Shown here one piece after another: positions 31,620 to 40,744 of a stretch of 64,000 bases of DNA. This DNA comes from Anaerolineales bacterium. GTDB lineage: Bacteria; Chloroflexota; Anaerolineae; Anaerolineales; UBA4823. Below the pieces are notes generated by a model, which did no database searches, was not told the origin of the DNA, and was given only the letters and a program-made list of their open reading frames with translations. Numbering within the stretch: position 1 is the stretch's first letter; every line of letters starts with the position of its first letter. The stretch covers positions 1,151-65,150 of the forward strand of contig JBAPSY010000170.1 in NCBI GenBank assembly GCA_049281855.1. The letters run 5' to 3'. Made by a program: the position numbers and the translations under genes.

Positions 31620-32738
31620 TCATCCCATATACCGATGAAGGGTTTTTTGGCTATCTGCTTTACGTTCGATAGCCAGCTCGATCAAACGGTCCACGAGCTT
31701 GGGGTAGGGTAAACCGCAGGCTCCCCAAAGCTTTGAATACATACTTATGCTTGTAAAACCAGGTATCGTGTTAAGCTCATTCAAATAAAGATTACCATTA
31801 TCCCGGTCCAGAAGGAAATCGACCCGCGCCATGCCCTGGCAATCGATGGCTTTAAAAGCCCTCACAGCAAGCCGCCGGGCTAGCTCTGCGGTAGCTTCGG
31901 GAATTGGGGCAGGGATAAGTAGTTCTGATGCATTATCCACATACTTGGCTTCATAAGAGTAATACTCACGGCTGGGGATGACCTCACCGGGCGTGGATGC
32001 CTCCGGTGTATCATTACCGAGAACGCTCACTTCGATCTCACGTGCATTGACCCCACGTTGGATTAAAATTCGCCGATCATATCGGGCAGCTTCCAGGATG
32101 CCTTCCAGGAGGTCAGCCCGGTTTTGACATTTACTCACACCCACAGAGGAACCCAGGTTGGCGGGTTTTACGAACAGTGGGTAAGAGGCCATCTGCTCAG
32201 CGGTGGTGATGATCGCATCCATGCGGATCGATAATTCACTGCGCAGAACTACCATCGTCTCAACGACCGGGATGTGATGTGCGAGCATGACATCCTGAAA
32301 TATACCCTTGTCCATCCCCACCGAAGACCCCAGCACACCTGCTCCAACGTAGGCGATATCAGCCATCTCCAGCAGACCCTGCACGGTGCCGTCTTCACCG
32401 TACGTCCCGTGCAGGACGGGGAATACAACATCCAGCTTGGTGAGCAGGTTCATTAAGAATCCAGGCTCGGTCTTGTGGATGGTATGAATCCCTGCCCATG
32501 CAGGATCTGGCAGCAATGCGGCGGTTTCAAGCACGTCAGTCTGACCTTTTTGCATGGCCTCCAGCACATTCTCTCCCGTCAACCATGAACCTTCCTGAGT
32601 GATGCCAATCTGTATCACTTCATAACGGAGCGGGTCGAGCACGCTCAGCACCGAGCGCGCCGACATCAGCGAGATCTCGTGTTCTCCCGAGCGCCCGCCG
32701 AATATCACTCCAACCCGCAGCTTACGTCCCGTTTCCAT
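31620..32738 (-). CDS. ddl: D-alanine--D-alanine ligase
   Basis: 372 aa. It has an ATP-grasp fold. Motifs: VIFGGRSGEHEISL, HGTYGEDGTVQGLLE, YLNELNTIPGFT. Confidence 0.93.
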   Translation of the reverse strand: METGRKLRVGVIFGGRSGEHEISLMSARSVLSVLDPLRYEVIQIGITQEGSWLTGENVLEAMQKGQTDVLETAALLPDPAWAGIHTIHKTEPGFLMNLLTKLDVVFPVLHGTYGEDGTVQGLLEMADIAYVGAGVLGSSVGMDKGIFQDVMLAHHIPVVETMVVLRSELSIRMDAIITTAEQMASYPLFVKPANLGSSVGVSKCQNRADLLEGILEAARYDRRILIQRGVNAREIEVSVLGNDTPEASTPGEVIPSREYYSYEAKYVDNASELLIPAPIPEATAELARRLAVRAFKAIDCQGMARVDFLLDRDNGNLYLNELNTIPGFTSISMYSKLWGACGLPYPKLVDRLIELAIERKADSQKTLHRYMG

Positions 32739-32748
32739 TCAAATGCCT

Positions 32749-33708
32749 TTACCGATCCGTCCACTCACCTAATAATTCGATCTCTAATTCCAAGCTGACA
32801 CCAAATTTTTCCAAAACCTTCTCCTGTGTCACCTTGATCAGGGCAGCATAATCGCTTGCTGTAGCACTATCCTGGTTGATAAAAAAATTGGCATGCTTCT
32901 GGCTGATTTCTACCTTACCAATTTTCTTACCCTTCAAACCTGCAGCTTCAATTAGCCGTCCGGCATAATCACCATGAGGATTCTTGAAGATCGAGCCCAA
33001 AGAAGCCCCGGAAGGTTGTGAGGTACGCCGTATCGCCTTATACTCATCCATTTTTGCCTGTACGGTAACAGGTGTGCTTTGATCCAGCTTCAACTGTGCC
33101 GACAAAACCACCACCCGGCCAGGTTGGCGTTTGATACTACTGCTCCGGTATTCATATTCAAAACGCTCTACAGACCATTCCTCCTGCAAAATTTCCTGTT
33201 GATGATCACCATTTGATTGTCTTCGATGCAAGATTTTTGCCATCACCAGGTTGCTTGACATGTCACTGCCATGTGCACCAGCATTACCATACACTGCACC
33301 ACCTACCGTCCCCGGGATACCTGCCGCCCATTCCAAACCGGATAAACCGTGGGTAGCTGCCTGTCGGGCAAGTGCGCCAAAATTGGCTCCCGATTCAACC
33401 CATACCATCGGGGGCTGCGAGTGAGTGTCGAGTTGGATTTTCTTGGCATGATTAAGAACAACCACCTGCCTTACACCTATGTCAGATACCAATACATTTG
33501 AGCCGCTACCAAGGATAGTGAAAGGAATGTCTAGTTCCCATAAGAGTTTTGTAACCTCTGCCAGCTCATCTGAAGATTCAACCGTGACCATGGCATCGGC
33601 CTTTCCACCGATGCGAGCCGCAGTGTAACGCTTCAGGAGTACATTTTCCTGCAACCGTACGCCAAATGCATTGCGTAATGTTTGCAGTTGAGCCGGATAA
33701 ATCGTCAC
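32749..33708 (-). CDS. murB: UDP-N-acetylenolpyruvoylglucosamine reductase
   Basis: 319 aa with a GTG start. It has an FAD-binding domain (FTILGSGSNVLVSD) and the C-terminal MurB domain (SLGSIFKNP). Confidence 0.92.
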   Translation of the reverse strand: MTIYPAQLQTLRNAFGVRLQENVLLKRYTAARIGGKADAMVTVESSDELAEVTKLLWELDIPFTILGSGSNVLVSDIGVRQVVVLNHAKKIQLDTHSQPPMVWVESGANFGALARQAATHGLSGLEWAAGIPGTVGGAVYGNAGAHGSDMSSNLVMAKILHRRQSNGDHQQEILQEEWSVERFEYEYRSSSIKRQPGRVVVLSAQLKLDQSTPVTVQAKMDEYKAIRRTSQPSGASLGSIFKNPHGDYAGRLIEAAGLKGKKIGKVEISQKHANFFINQDSATASDYAALIKVTQEKVLEKFGVSLELEIELLGEWTDR

Positions 33709-33728
33709 AAGGATCCTTTCTAACGTGG

Positions 33729-33950
33729 TTACATTTCCTTGACAAAATCAATCAAATAAAGGATCAGCCTGGGCGAGTGCAGTGGATCCTTCAACATCAC
33801 CTCAAGCTCCTTTTTCGAAAATGTACTCTTTTTGTTGGTCAAAGGTTTCAAGAACAGTGACTGGTACGGCTCCAATTCTGGATCGTATCTGTGAACACCT
33901 TTCACATCTGGGTAATACACTGCTCTTATGGTCGTAACCGTGTTAGTCAC
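33729..33950 (-). CDS. Small hypothetical protein (73 aa) wedged between murC and murB
   Basis: The GTG start overlaps the murC stop (GTGACTAA). GGAG lies 8 nt upstream. The ORF ends 20 nt before murB and fills an otherwise 234-nt gap in a tightly packed operon. I recognised no family. Confidence 0.45.
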   Translation of the reverse strand: MTNTVTTIRAVYYPDVKGVHRYDPELEPYQSLFLKPLTNKKSTFSKKELEVMLKDPLHSPRLILYLIDFVKEM

Positions 33951-35376
33951 TTTTCTCGCTCCTCTCTTTTAATAACGCTTCTACCCTGGTGCTGATTTGA
34001 TCCGCATCACCTGCGGATAGAACGATCAGTACATCTCCTGGCATCAATCGATCCGCCAGGTATGTCGATGCTTGAGAAAAGTCTGGGATGTAACGGGCAT
34101 CCGGATAGGTCATTGCAGCCACTACCTGCCGGGATGAAAATCCATCATCCGGCTGCTTTTCACGTGCCGCATAGATTTCTGTCACTACGACATGATCCGC
34201 CTGCTCGAAAGCAGCCACAAAATCATTAAATAACAAACGTGTGCGTGAGTATGTATGGGGCTGCCATACCACCCATAATTTGCTCTTAGGGTACCGCATG
34301 CGAGCTGCGGATAAGGTCGCCCGGATTTCAGTTGGATGGTGAGCGTAATCATCGATGACTGTAATGCGGTTGATCTCACCGCGGACTTCGAACCTTCGCC
34401 CAGTGCCTCGAAATTCGGAGAGGGCCTGGCTGGCCTGCTCGACAGACAATTTCATCTGGTGGGCGACTGCCAAGGTCGCCAGGGCATTTTGGATATTATG
34501 CTTACCCGGTATAAGCAGGTTGATTGCCGGACGAAGCTCAAACTGTCTTCCGGCCGAGGTGCACCTGGCGATAAAGCTCATACCACCATATTGGTTAGTA
34601 GTGAGCGTATCCGCCAGATAATCTGCCATCTGATCTGCTGAGCCATTATTGGAATCACGGATGGCATACGAGAATACCTTCTGCCCGCGTTCACTTGCGA
34701 TCCGACCCAACTGGGCGGCGCCACGATCATTCGTGCAAACCAGAAGCGTCCCATCGCTCCCCACCTGGGAGGCAAATTCATCAAACGCCTTAAAGAAATC
34801 ATCTGCTGTGGGGTAACAATCCGGATGGTCATGCTCGATATTGGTGATCACCGCCAATTTCGGCTTCAGCCCAAGGAACATATGGTCATATTCATCGGCT
34901 TCAATTACCAATGCCTGTCCCTTTCCGGCGTGGGCATTGGTACCCAAGTTATTCAAGACACCTCCGGAAATAAATGTCGGATCCTGTTTCAAGAATGTAA
35001 GCATCCAGGCAATCATGGCGGTGGTTGTCGTCTTGCCATGCGTACCGGCCACAGCGATCCCAAAATGTTCGTCCATTAAGCTGGATAAAAATTCACTGCG
35101 CTTTAGCACGGGGATGCCTTGTTTCTGAGCAGCCAAGACTTCAACATTGTCATCGGGAACTGCGGATGAACGGACCACCAGCTGAGTGTCCCCTACGTTC
35201 TCGGCACGGTGACCGATATCAATCCGTACACCATCCGCCTGAAGACTTTTTGCCAGGGGAGATAAAGTACGGTCAGAACCAGTAACATGGTATCCGCTTT
35301 CGAGCAGTACCCGGGCGATGGCTGACAAGCCTGTACCTCCAATCCCAATGAAATGCACCGACTTACGTTCTGTCAT
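33943..35376 (-). CDS. murC: UDP-N-acetylmuramate--L-alanine ligase
   Basis: 477 aa. Motifs: HFIGIGGTGLSAIARVL, AGTHGKTTTTAMIA. Confidence 0.93.
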   Translation of the reverse strand: MTERKSVHFIGIGGTGLSAIARVLLESGYHVTGSDRTLSPLAKSLQADGVRIDIGHRAENVGDTQLVVRSSAVPDDNVEVLAAQKQGIPVLKRSEFLSSLMDEHFGIAVAGTHGKTTTTAMIAWMLTFLKQDPTFISGGVLNNLGTNAHAGKGQALVIEADEYDHMFLGLKPKLAVITNIEHDHPDCYPTADDFFKAFDEFASQVGSDGTLLVCTNDRGAAQLGRIASERGQKVFSYAIRDSNNGSADQMADYLADTLTTNQYGGMSFIARCTSAGRQFELRPAINLLIPGKHNIQNALATLAVAHQMKLSVEQASQALSEFRGTGRRFEVRGEINRITVIDDYAHHPTEIRATLSAARMRYPKSKLWVVWQPHTYSRTRLLFNDFVAAFEQADHVVVTEIYAAREKQPDDGFSSRQVVAAMTYPDARYIPDFSQASTYLADRLMPGDVLIVLSAGDADQISTRVEALLKERSEKSD

Positions 35377-35912
35377 AAAAAGACCACGATCACAAAGATG
35401 AATGACAATGCAATGGCAAAATAAATAAAGGGAACACCCAACCAGGCAGGAGCCATCCAGGTAAGGAGTTTTAGTGCCGCCTGACCCGGGATAGAGTTCG
35501 GATCGGGTGGAATAATATAAGAAATCGCCTGGTAATTGGCTGCGGATAAGAAGTACCAGATCGAACCTACGATCAGGTAACCGTTCAATGCACCCAGGAA
35601 GATTCCCAGTAACGAATCCTGCAGGCGCTCACGCACAAATCGATCCCCACCCAATCTGGGCAAGTTGGGCGTTTGGTATCCAAAAAATGTCAGGAGAATG
35701 ACGATTGCCACACGCATCCAAAATTGAGCGGTTGACCCTTGGACGGTAAACGATTGTGTCAAACCCTTGACGTACGTCTCAAGCACGGTGATGATGAATA
35801 ATGCCAACACTGCGCTGGCAGTAACCAACATCTCCTTGGCCCAACCGCGCATTGCGCCGATAACAGCGAATAAGATCACAAAACAAAAGAAAATAAAATT
35901 CAGATAAACCAT
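35373..35912 (-). CDS. CvpA-family membrane protein
   Basis: 179 aa with 4 predicted TM segments. The N-terminus (ILFAVIGAMRGWAKEML) is CvpA-like. It overlaps murC by 4 nt. Confidence 0.55.
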   Translation of the reverse strand: MVYLNFIFFCFVILFAVIGAMRGWAKEMLVTASAVLALFIITVLETYVKGLTQSFTVQGSTAQFWMRVAIVILLTFFGYQTPNLPRLGGDRFVRERLQDSLLGIFLGALNGYLIVGSIWYFLSAANYQAISYIIPPDPNSIPGQAALKLLTWMAPAWLGVPFIYFAIALSFIFVIVVFL

Positions 35913-35921
35913 CGTACGCTC

Positions 35922-37112
35922 CTAATCAGACGGATTGGGAACATTTTGTGAACCTGTCTGGTTGGCCGTTGTTGCCAGATCGGTCAGCAGGCTGGCAATC
36001 CTGGCTGCAGCATCAGGCTTAGCCAGTGAATGCATTGCTTGAGACATTTTCTCCCGTTTGTCATGATCTGCAATCAGGCCACGTACCTTCGGGATGATCT
36101 GCTCTGCGAGTTGTGAATCTTCGATCATCTCAGCAGCACCACGCTTCACCAGGTAGCTGGCATTTACACGTTGGTACCTCCAGGCATACGGGTATGGCAC
36201 CAGGATGGCAGGCAATCCAAATATTGGAAACTCGCCCAGTATGGATGCCCCAGATCGAGTGAGTGCCAAGTCTGCCAGTTGCATGGCTGCACCAATTTCA
36301 TCATACAGGTATGGGTAAGGTCGGTAGCGGTTAAGCTGCGCGGTAGATAAGCTTGCCCTGGCTTGTTCCATCATTTGCCAATCCAATCTTCCGGTGATGT
36401 GAATCACCAGCATTTCCTGCAACAGCTCGGGAAGTGCTACAGCTAATGCCTGATTGATGGAGCGTGCACCCTTGCTGCCACCAAACACCAGCAGGACGGG
36501 TAGCTCCTCCTGGAGTGCGAAAAAGCTGCGCGCCTCAGTAATTGTCCACCGGTCCAGTCCAGGTCGAAGAGGGTAGCCAGTGACCACTTTTGAAGGGTGC
36601 TTTGGGAAGAAGGCACCTGATTCCTCCACCGTCAGAGTAATGCAATCACTAAACCGGGCAATGGTCTTGAGCGCTAAACCTGGCTCGATATCCGGAACAT
36701 ACAGCAGGCTCTTGGGTCGACCGGAAATCCGGGCTGCCAGCGCCATCGGGACAGCCACATACCCACCAGTAAAGAACAACACTTCCGGACGAAATTTGCG
36801 CAAGATACGTCTGGATGAGAAAAACCCTCTTCCAACCTGCCAGAGGTTCCGCGGCAAGGATCGCAAACCAACCCCATGCACACCTGCAGCTGGGATGGCT
36901 TCGAATCGAAACCCTTCCCGCTTCACCAGATCAGCTTCCATACCACCGCTGCTACCAACCCACAGCACATGGAGCCCTTCTGGAGGGGCCTGTCCGGCTT
37001 TTGCCTGAACATCCGGCATTGGCTCAGGATTCGCGCTCATCAGCTGCTTGAGGACTGACAGGGCGGGATATACGCCGCCGCCTGTCCCCCCCGCGCAAAT
37101 TAACAACCGCAT
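35922..37112 (-). CDS. murG: UDP-N-acetylglucosamine--N-acetylmuramyl-(pentapeptide) pyrophosphoryl-undecaprenol GlcNAc transferase
   Basis: The ORF extends to GTG 37130. I prefer ATG 37112, which has GAGGAGAAGGG upstream. The G-loop is LLICAGGTGGGVYPAL. Confidence 0.9.
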   Translation of the reverse strand: MRLLICAGGTGGGVYPALSVLKQLMSANPEPMPDVQAKAGQAPPEGLHVLWVGSSGGMEADLVKREGFRFEAIPAAGVHGVGLRSLPRNLWQVGRGFFSSRRILRKFRPEVLFFTGGYVAVPMALAARISGRPKSLLYVPDIEPGLALKTIARFSDCITLTVEESGAFFPKHPSKVVTGYPLRPGLDRWTITEARSFFALQEELPVLLVFGGSKGARSINQALAVALPELLQEMLVIHITGRLDWQMMEQARASLSTAQLNRYRPYPYLYDEIGAAMQLADLALTRSGASILGEFPIFGLPAILVPYPYAWRYQRVNASYLVKRGAAEMIEDSQLAEQIIPKVRGLIADHDKREKMSQAMHSLAKPDAAARIASLLTDLATTANQTGSQNVPNPSD

Positions 37113-38304
37113 TGGTACCCTTCTCCTCACGTTGTTTGGATTTCTCGGACATCCTTGAAATGTTCAAGATAATTCCCACAGAAGACATAACGACCATTAA
37201 GTTGGAGCCACCTGAACTGATGAACGGTAGAGCATTTCCAGCGAAAGGTAGCAAGCCTACCATCACCAACATATTGATGAAGGCTTCCAACGTCAACCAA
37301 AAGGTGAGCCCACCACACAAGAGCATCCCCAAACCGTCCGGTGCCCTACGGGCAGTCACCCAGCCGCGCCACATTAAGATCAGGTACAAGATGACGAGTA
37401 TCCCTGCCCCCAACACGCCTGTCTCTTCTCCAACCACAGCAAACACGCTATCTGTGTGTGGAAAGGGAAGCCCATTCAGCTTGGTTTGGGATTTTCCAAT
37501 CCCCACCCCGAACCAACCGCCCTGCATGAAAGCTTCCAACGAGCGGCGTACATGCTCAGAATACTGCAGTGGATCTTTAAGACCAGCCAGGAAGCTATTC
37601 ATCCGGTCTGGACCAGTGGGGAATAATCCAGAGCGCAAAACAATTACACCTACGAGGAAACCAACTGCCATCATAAACAGAAAATGCTTCAGTGAACCTC
37701 CTGCCAGGAAAAACATTAATGTGCCCAATAAACCAATGGTCACGACCGCACTCAAATCTGGTTGCAAGGCGATCAACCCACCCACGACCCCCATGATCAC
37801 ACTCAGGGGGAGCAGAGCAATATAAATATTTTTTAGCATATCTCGCCGGTTATGCAACCAAACTGAAAGATAAATGACGATCCCAAACTTCGCCAATTCG
37901 GATGGTTGGATTGATCCACGGAATAAGCTACGCACCGATCCCAAACGAGTATCCTGGATGATCAGCACCGCCACCAGGGCAAATATCGTCCCAGCCATCA
38001 GGAACAAGGCAAATTTCTTCCACCAGTGATAATCCATCCAGGCTAAAAAGATCATCACCAGGCTGCCTAGACCCAACCAGCGCAACTGGCGCATGAAAAT
38101 ATAAGCGGGCGATCCATATACCTGGTACGAGTAATCGGCACTGGCGGAGTACACCATCAACATCCCGAACAGGATCAGACAAATGACCACCAATAATAAT
38201 GGCACGTCAAACCCCAAACGCGTCGGGCGATGTGTTTTTGCCGGCGCTCCTTGTATTACCGACCTGCGATCGCCTCTCACATGCACGAAAGATTGAGTAC
38301 CCAT
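37024..38304 (-). CDS. ftsW: SEDS-family peptidoglycan glycosyltransferase FtsW
   Basis: 426 aa and polytopic. IQPSELAKFGIVIYLS is present. Its 3' end overlaps murG by 89 nt in a different frame. Confidence 0.88.
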   Translation of the reverse strand: MGTQSFVHVRGDRRSVIQGAPAKTHRPTRLGFDVPLLLVVICLILFGMLMVYSASADYSYQVYGSPAYIFMRQLRWLGLGSLVMIFLAWMDYHWWKKFALFLMAGTIFALVAVLIIQDTRLGSVRSLFRGSIQPSELAKFGIVIYLSVWLHNRRDMLKNIYIALLPLSVIMGVVGGLIALQPDLSAVVTIGLLGTLMFFLAGGSLKHFLFMMAVGFLVGVIVLRSGLFPTGPDRMNSFLAGLKDPLQYSEHVRRSLEAFMQGGWFGVGIGKSQTKLNGLPFPHTDSVFAVVGEETGVLGAGILVILYLILMWRGWVTARRAPDGLGMLLCGGLTFWLTLEAFINMLVMVGLLPFAGNALPFISSGGSNLMVVMSSVGIILNISRMSEKSKQREEKGTNAVVNLRGGDRRRRISRPVSPQAADERES

Positions 38305-39722
38305 CGTTTAAAAGCCTCCCCGCGCTCTTCAAAATCGCGGAATTCATCAAAACTGGTACCACCTGGTGAGAGCAGGACAATATCACCTGGCTCCACCTCC
38401 CTGGCTGCCACCTCAACTGCCTGTTCCAAACCATTACACGATTCCACCGTAAAGGGGTGTGCACCGGGTTTATTATTGCCAACCGCAGAGGCAATCTTTC
38501 CAGCTGCTTCCCCAAACAAGATCAAGTGATCCACTCTTGCGTGGATCAAATTCGCAAGCTCATTCCAAGGCAAATTCTTGTCCCGCCCGCCTGCCAGGAG
38601 CACAATAGGTCGGTGAATATCAGCAGGCGAATCAAATGAGTGTATGGCTGCCATAACCCGTTCGGGAGCAGTGGCAATCGAATCGTTGAACCAGTCTGCT
38701 CCTTTCCAAAAATGCACCCATTCCAGCCGGTGAGGTACGCCGGTAAATGATATGATTGCCTCTCGCATAGCCTTGGCTGTGAATCCTGATGCCTGGCTGA
38801 TAGTGCAGGCTGCCAGGACGTTTTCCACATTATGCCAACCACGTAAGGGGATTTCCGCCTGCCGTAGTATGCGGGTTACAGTTTTAGCATCCGATAAACA
38901 GACCCATTCGTCATCGACAAATGCTCCTTGCATTCCACCAACTGGCATATCTACCCCAAACATACATCGCCTGCCTCGCACCCTTTCAAGCAGGCTCCAA
39001 GCACCTGGATCATCACGTCCTAAAACGGAAGTATCATGGTCGGTTTGGTAATCAAAAATACGACGCTTGGCTGCAACATAAGCTGCCATCGTGCCATGCC
39101 GGTCCAGATGGTTGGGAGTGATATTCAGAACGCAGGCAATATTGACCGACTTCGTCATGAGTTCCAATTGAAAGCTGGAGAGCTCCATCACAGCTAAGTC
39201 ATTAGCATTCATCTCATCCACCACTGCCAATAATGGCGTTCCGATATTGCCACCCACCCAAACCTTTCGATATGGTGATTGTCCATCCGGGCTTGAGTTG
39301 ATCGCAGTCTCAGCAATTTTCCCAACCAGGCTGGTAGTGGTTGTCTTTCCAGCCGAACCAGTGATTCCGATCGTGCAGCAAGGGCACTCTTCGAGAAATA
39401 TCTGTGAATCGTTGGAGAGTGGAATACCACGGCAGTTCGCTTCTTGAATAAGTGGAAGATTCAATGGAACGCCACCTGATACACACATGAGATCGATTCC
39501 ATCCAGCAAAGAGAGTGGATGACTCCCCAAGAACCACTCAATTCGTGAAGCAACCTGCTCGTCAAGGTCATTCATTGATTTACTGGCGGTTTCAAGCTGC
39601 TTTGAAGTTTTTTGGTCGTTGATGATCACCCGTGCACCATGCAACGCCAGAAAGCGCCCCAAGGCAATTCCCTGCCTGGCAGCTCCGATGACAATCACGT
39701 GTTTATCTTTCCATTCAGTCAT
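38277..39722 (-). CDS. murD: UDP-N-acetylmuramoylalanine--D-glutamate ligase
   Basis: 481 aa. Motifs: VIVIGAARQGIALGRFL, GITGSAGKTTTTSLV. Confidence 0.92.
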   Translation of the reverse strand: MTEWKDKHVIVIGAARQGIALGRFLALHGARVIINDQKTSKQLETASKSMNDLDEQVASRIEWFLGSHPLSLLDGIDLMCVSGGVPLNLPLIQEANCRGIPLSNDSQIFLEECPCCTIGITGSAGKTTTTSLVGKIAETAINSSPDGQSPYRKVWVGGNIGTPLLAVVDEMNANDLAVMELSSFQLELMTKSVNIACVLNITPNHLDRHGTMAAYVAAKRRIFDYQTDHDTSVLGRDDPGAWSLLERVRGRRCMFGVDMPVGGMQGAFVDDEWVCLSDAKTVTRILRQAEIPLRGWHNVENVLAACTISQASGFTAKAMREAIISFTGVPHRLEWVHFWKGADWFNDSIATAPERVMAAIHSFDSPADIHRPIVLLAGGRDKNLPWNELANLIHARVDHLILFGEAAGKIASAVGNNKPGAHPFTVESCNGLEQAVEVAAREVEPGDIVLLSPGGTSFDEFRDFEERGEAFKRWVLNLSCM

Positions 39723-39748
39723 TCAAGTTTCTCTCAACCTTCAACCAA

Positions 39749-40744
39749 TCATCCAATCGCAATTGCAGCGCCGATAATCGCTGACAATAGACCAATCAAC
39801 CAAAAACGCTGCACCACTTGTGTTTCGCTCCATCCTAATAACTCAAAGTGATGGTGAAGAGGTGCCATTTTGAATAATCGCTTACCCTTGGTGTACTTAA
39901 AATAACCCACCTGTAAGATCACACTTACCATCTCGCTCAAAGGGATGACAGCAATCAACGGTAATAATATCCATTGACCAGACATCAGGGCAACAACTGC
40001 CAAAGTTGCACCCAATGGTAAGGCGCCAATGTCGCCCATGATCAACTGTGCAGGGTGAACGTTGAACCAGAGGAAACCGAACAAGGCACCTACCAGTGTG
40101 AAGCAGAAGCGCGCCAGGTAAAGCTGTCCTTGTAGTAAAGCAATCATGCCAAAGGTAGCAAAACAGGTGGCAGAGATCAATCCAGCCAACCCATCCAAGC
40201 CGTCGGTAAAATTAACTGCATTGGAGAAACCAACAATGAGCAGAGTTGCGATGGGTATGTACCATATACCAAGGGTAAATTCCCGGTTAAGCCATGGCAG
40301 ATACAGTTCTGGAGCTTGCAAGATGTACTGCAAACCGATCGATATGATGATCCCAAATATGATCTGGATCAGGAACTTAGTCCTGGCTCGCATTCCACGC
40401 TCATCACTTCGTTTACCCCTTAACTTCTTCCAATCATCCACCGAACCTAATAAACCAAATACGATTAACGTTCCCATGGGGAGGAAGATTGATCGACCCA
40501 GCATGGTCAATCCGAGCATGGAAGCCGCATTGAACAACACCGTGATAAGCAATACAGGCAGGATGAAGAGCACTCCACCTAATGTGGGGGTGCCTAACTT
40601 AGTCATGTGCCGTTGTGGTCCATCCACCCGGATTGACTCCCCAATCTTGAGACGGCGTAGGACACGCAGCAGGGGCTCTCCCCAAATGACTGTCAACATA
40701 AAGGCGAAACCTGCCAGAGCTAGTGCGTAGGAGCTCTCTCTCAT
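39749..40744 (-). CDS. mraY: Phospho-N-acetylmuramoyl-pentapeptide transferase
   Basis: 331 aa. Motifs: NAVNFTDGLDGLA, APLHHHFEL. Confidence 0.94.
   Translation of the reverse strand: MRESSYALALAGFAFMLTVIWGEPLLRVLRRLKIGESIRVDGPQRHMTKLGTPTLGGVLFILPVLLITVLFNAASMLGLTMLGRSIFLPMGTLIVFGLLGSVDDWKKLRGKRSDERGMRARTKFLIQIIFGIIISIGLQYILQAPELYLPWLNREFTLGIWYIPIATLLIVGFSNAVNFTDGLDGLAGLISATCFATFGMIALLQGQLYLARFCFTLVGALFGFLWFNVHPAQLIMGDIGALPLGATLAVVALMSGQWILLPLIAVIPLSEMVSVILQVGYFKYTKGKRLFKMAPLHHHFELLGWSETQVVQRFWLIGLLSAIIGAAIAIG

Noticed and set aside
37112-37825. 237-aa plus-strand ORF
   Set aside because: It is entirely antisense to ftsW, whose SEDS motifs are unambiguous. It is a Pro/Ser/Thr/Lys-rich shadow ORF. 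The same reasoning applies to 36580-37008 opposite murG.
40146-40730. 194-aa plus-strand ORF
   Set aside because: It is antisense to mraY, which carries the diagnostic NAVNFTDGLDGLA motif.
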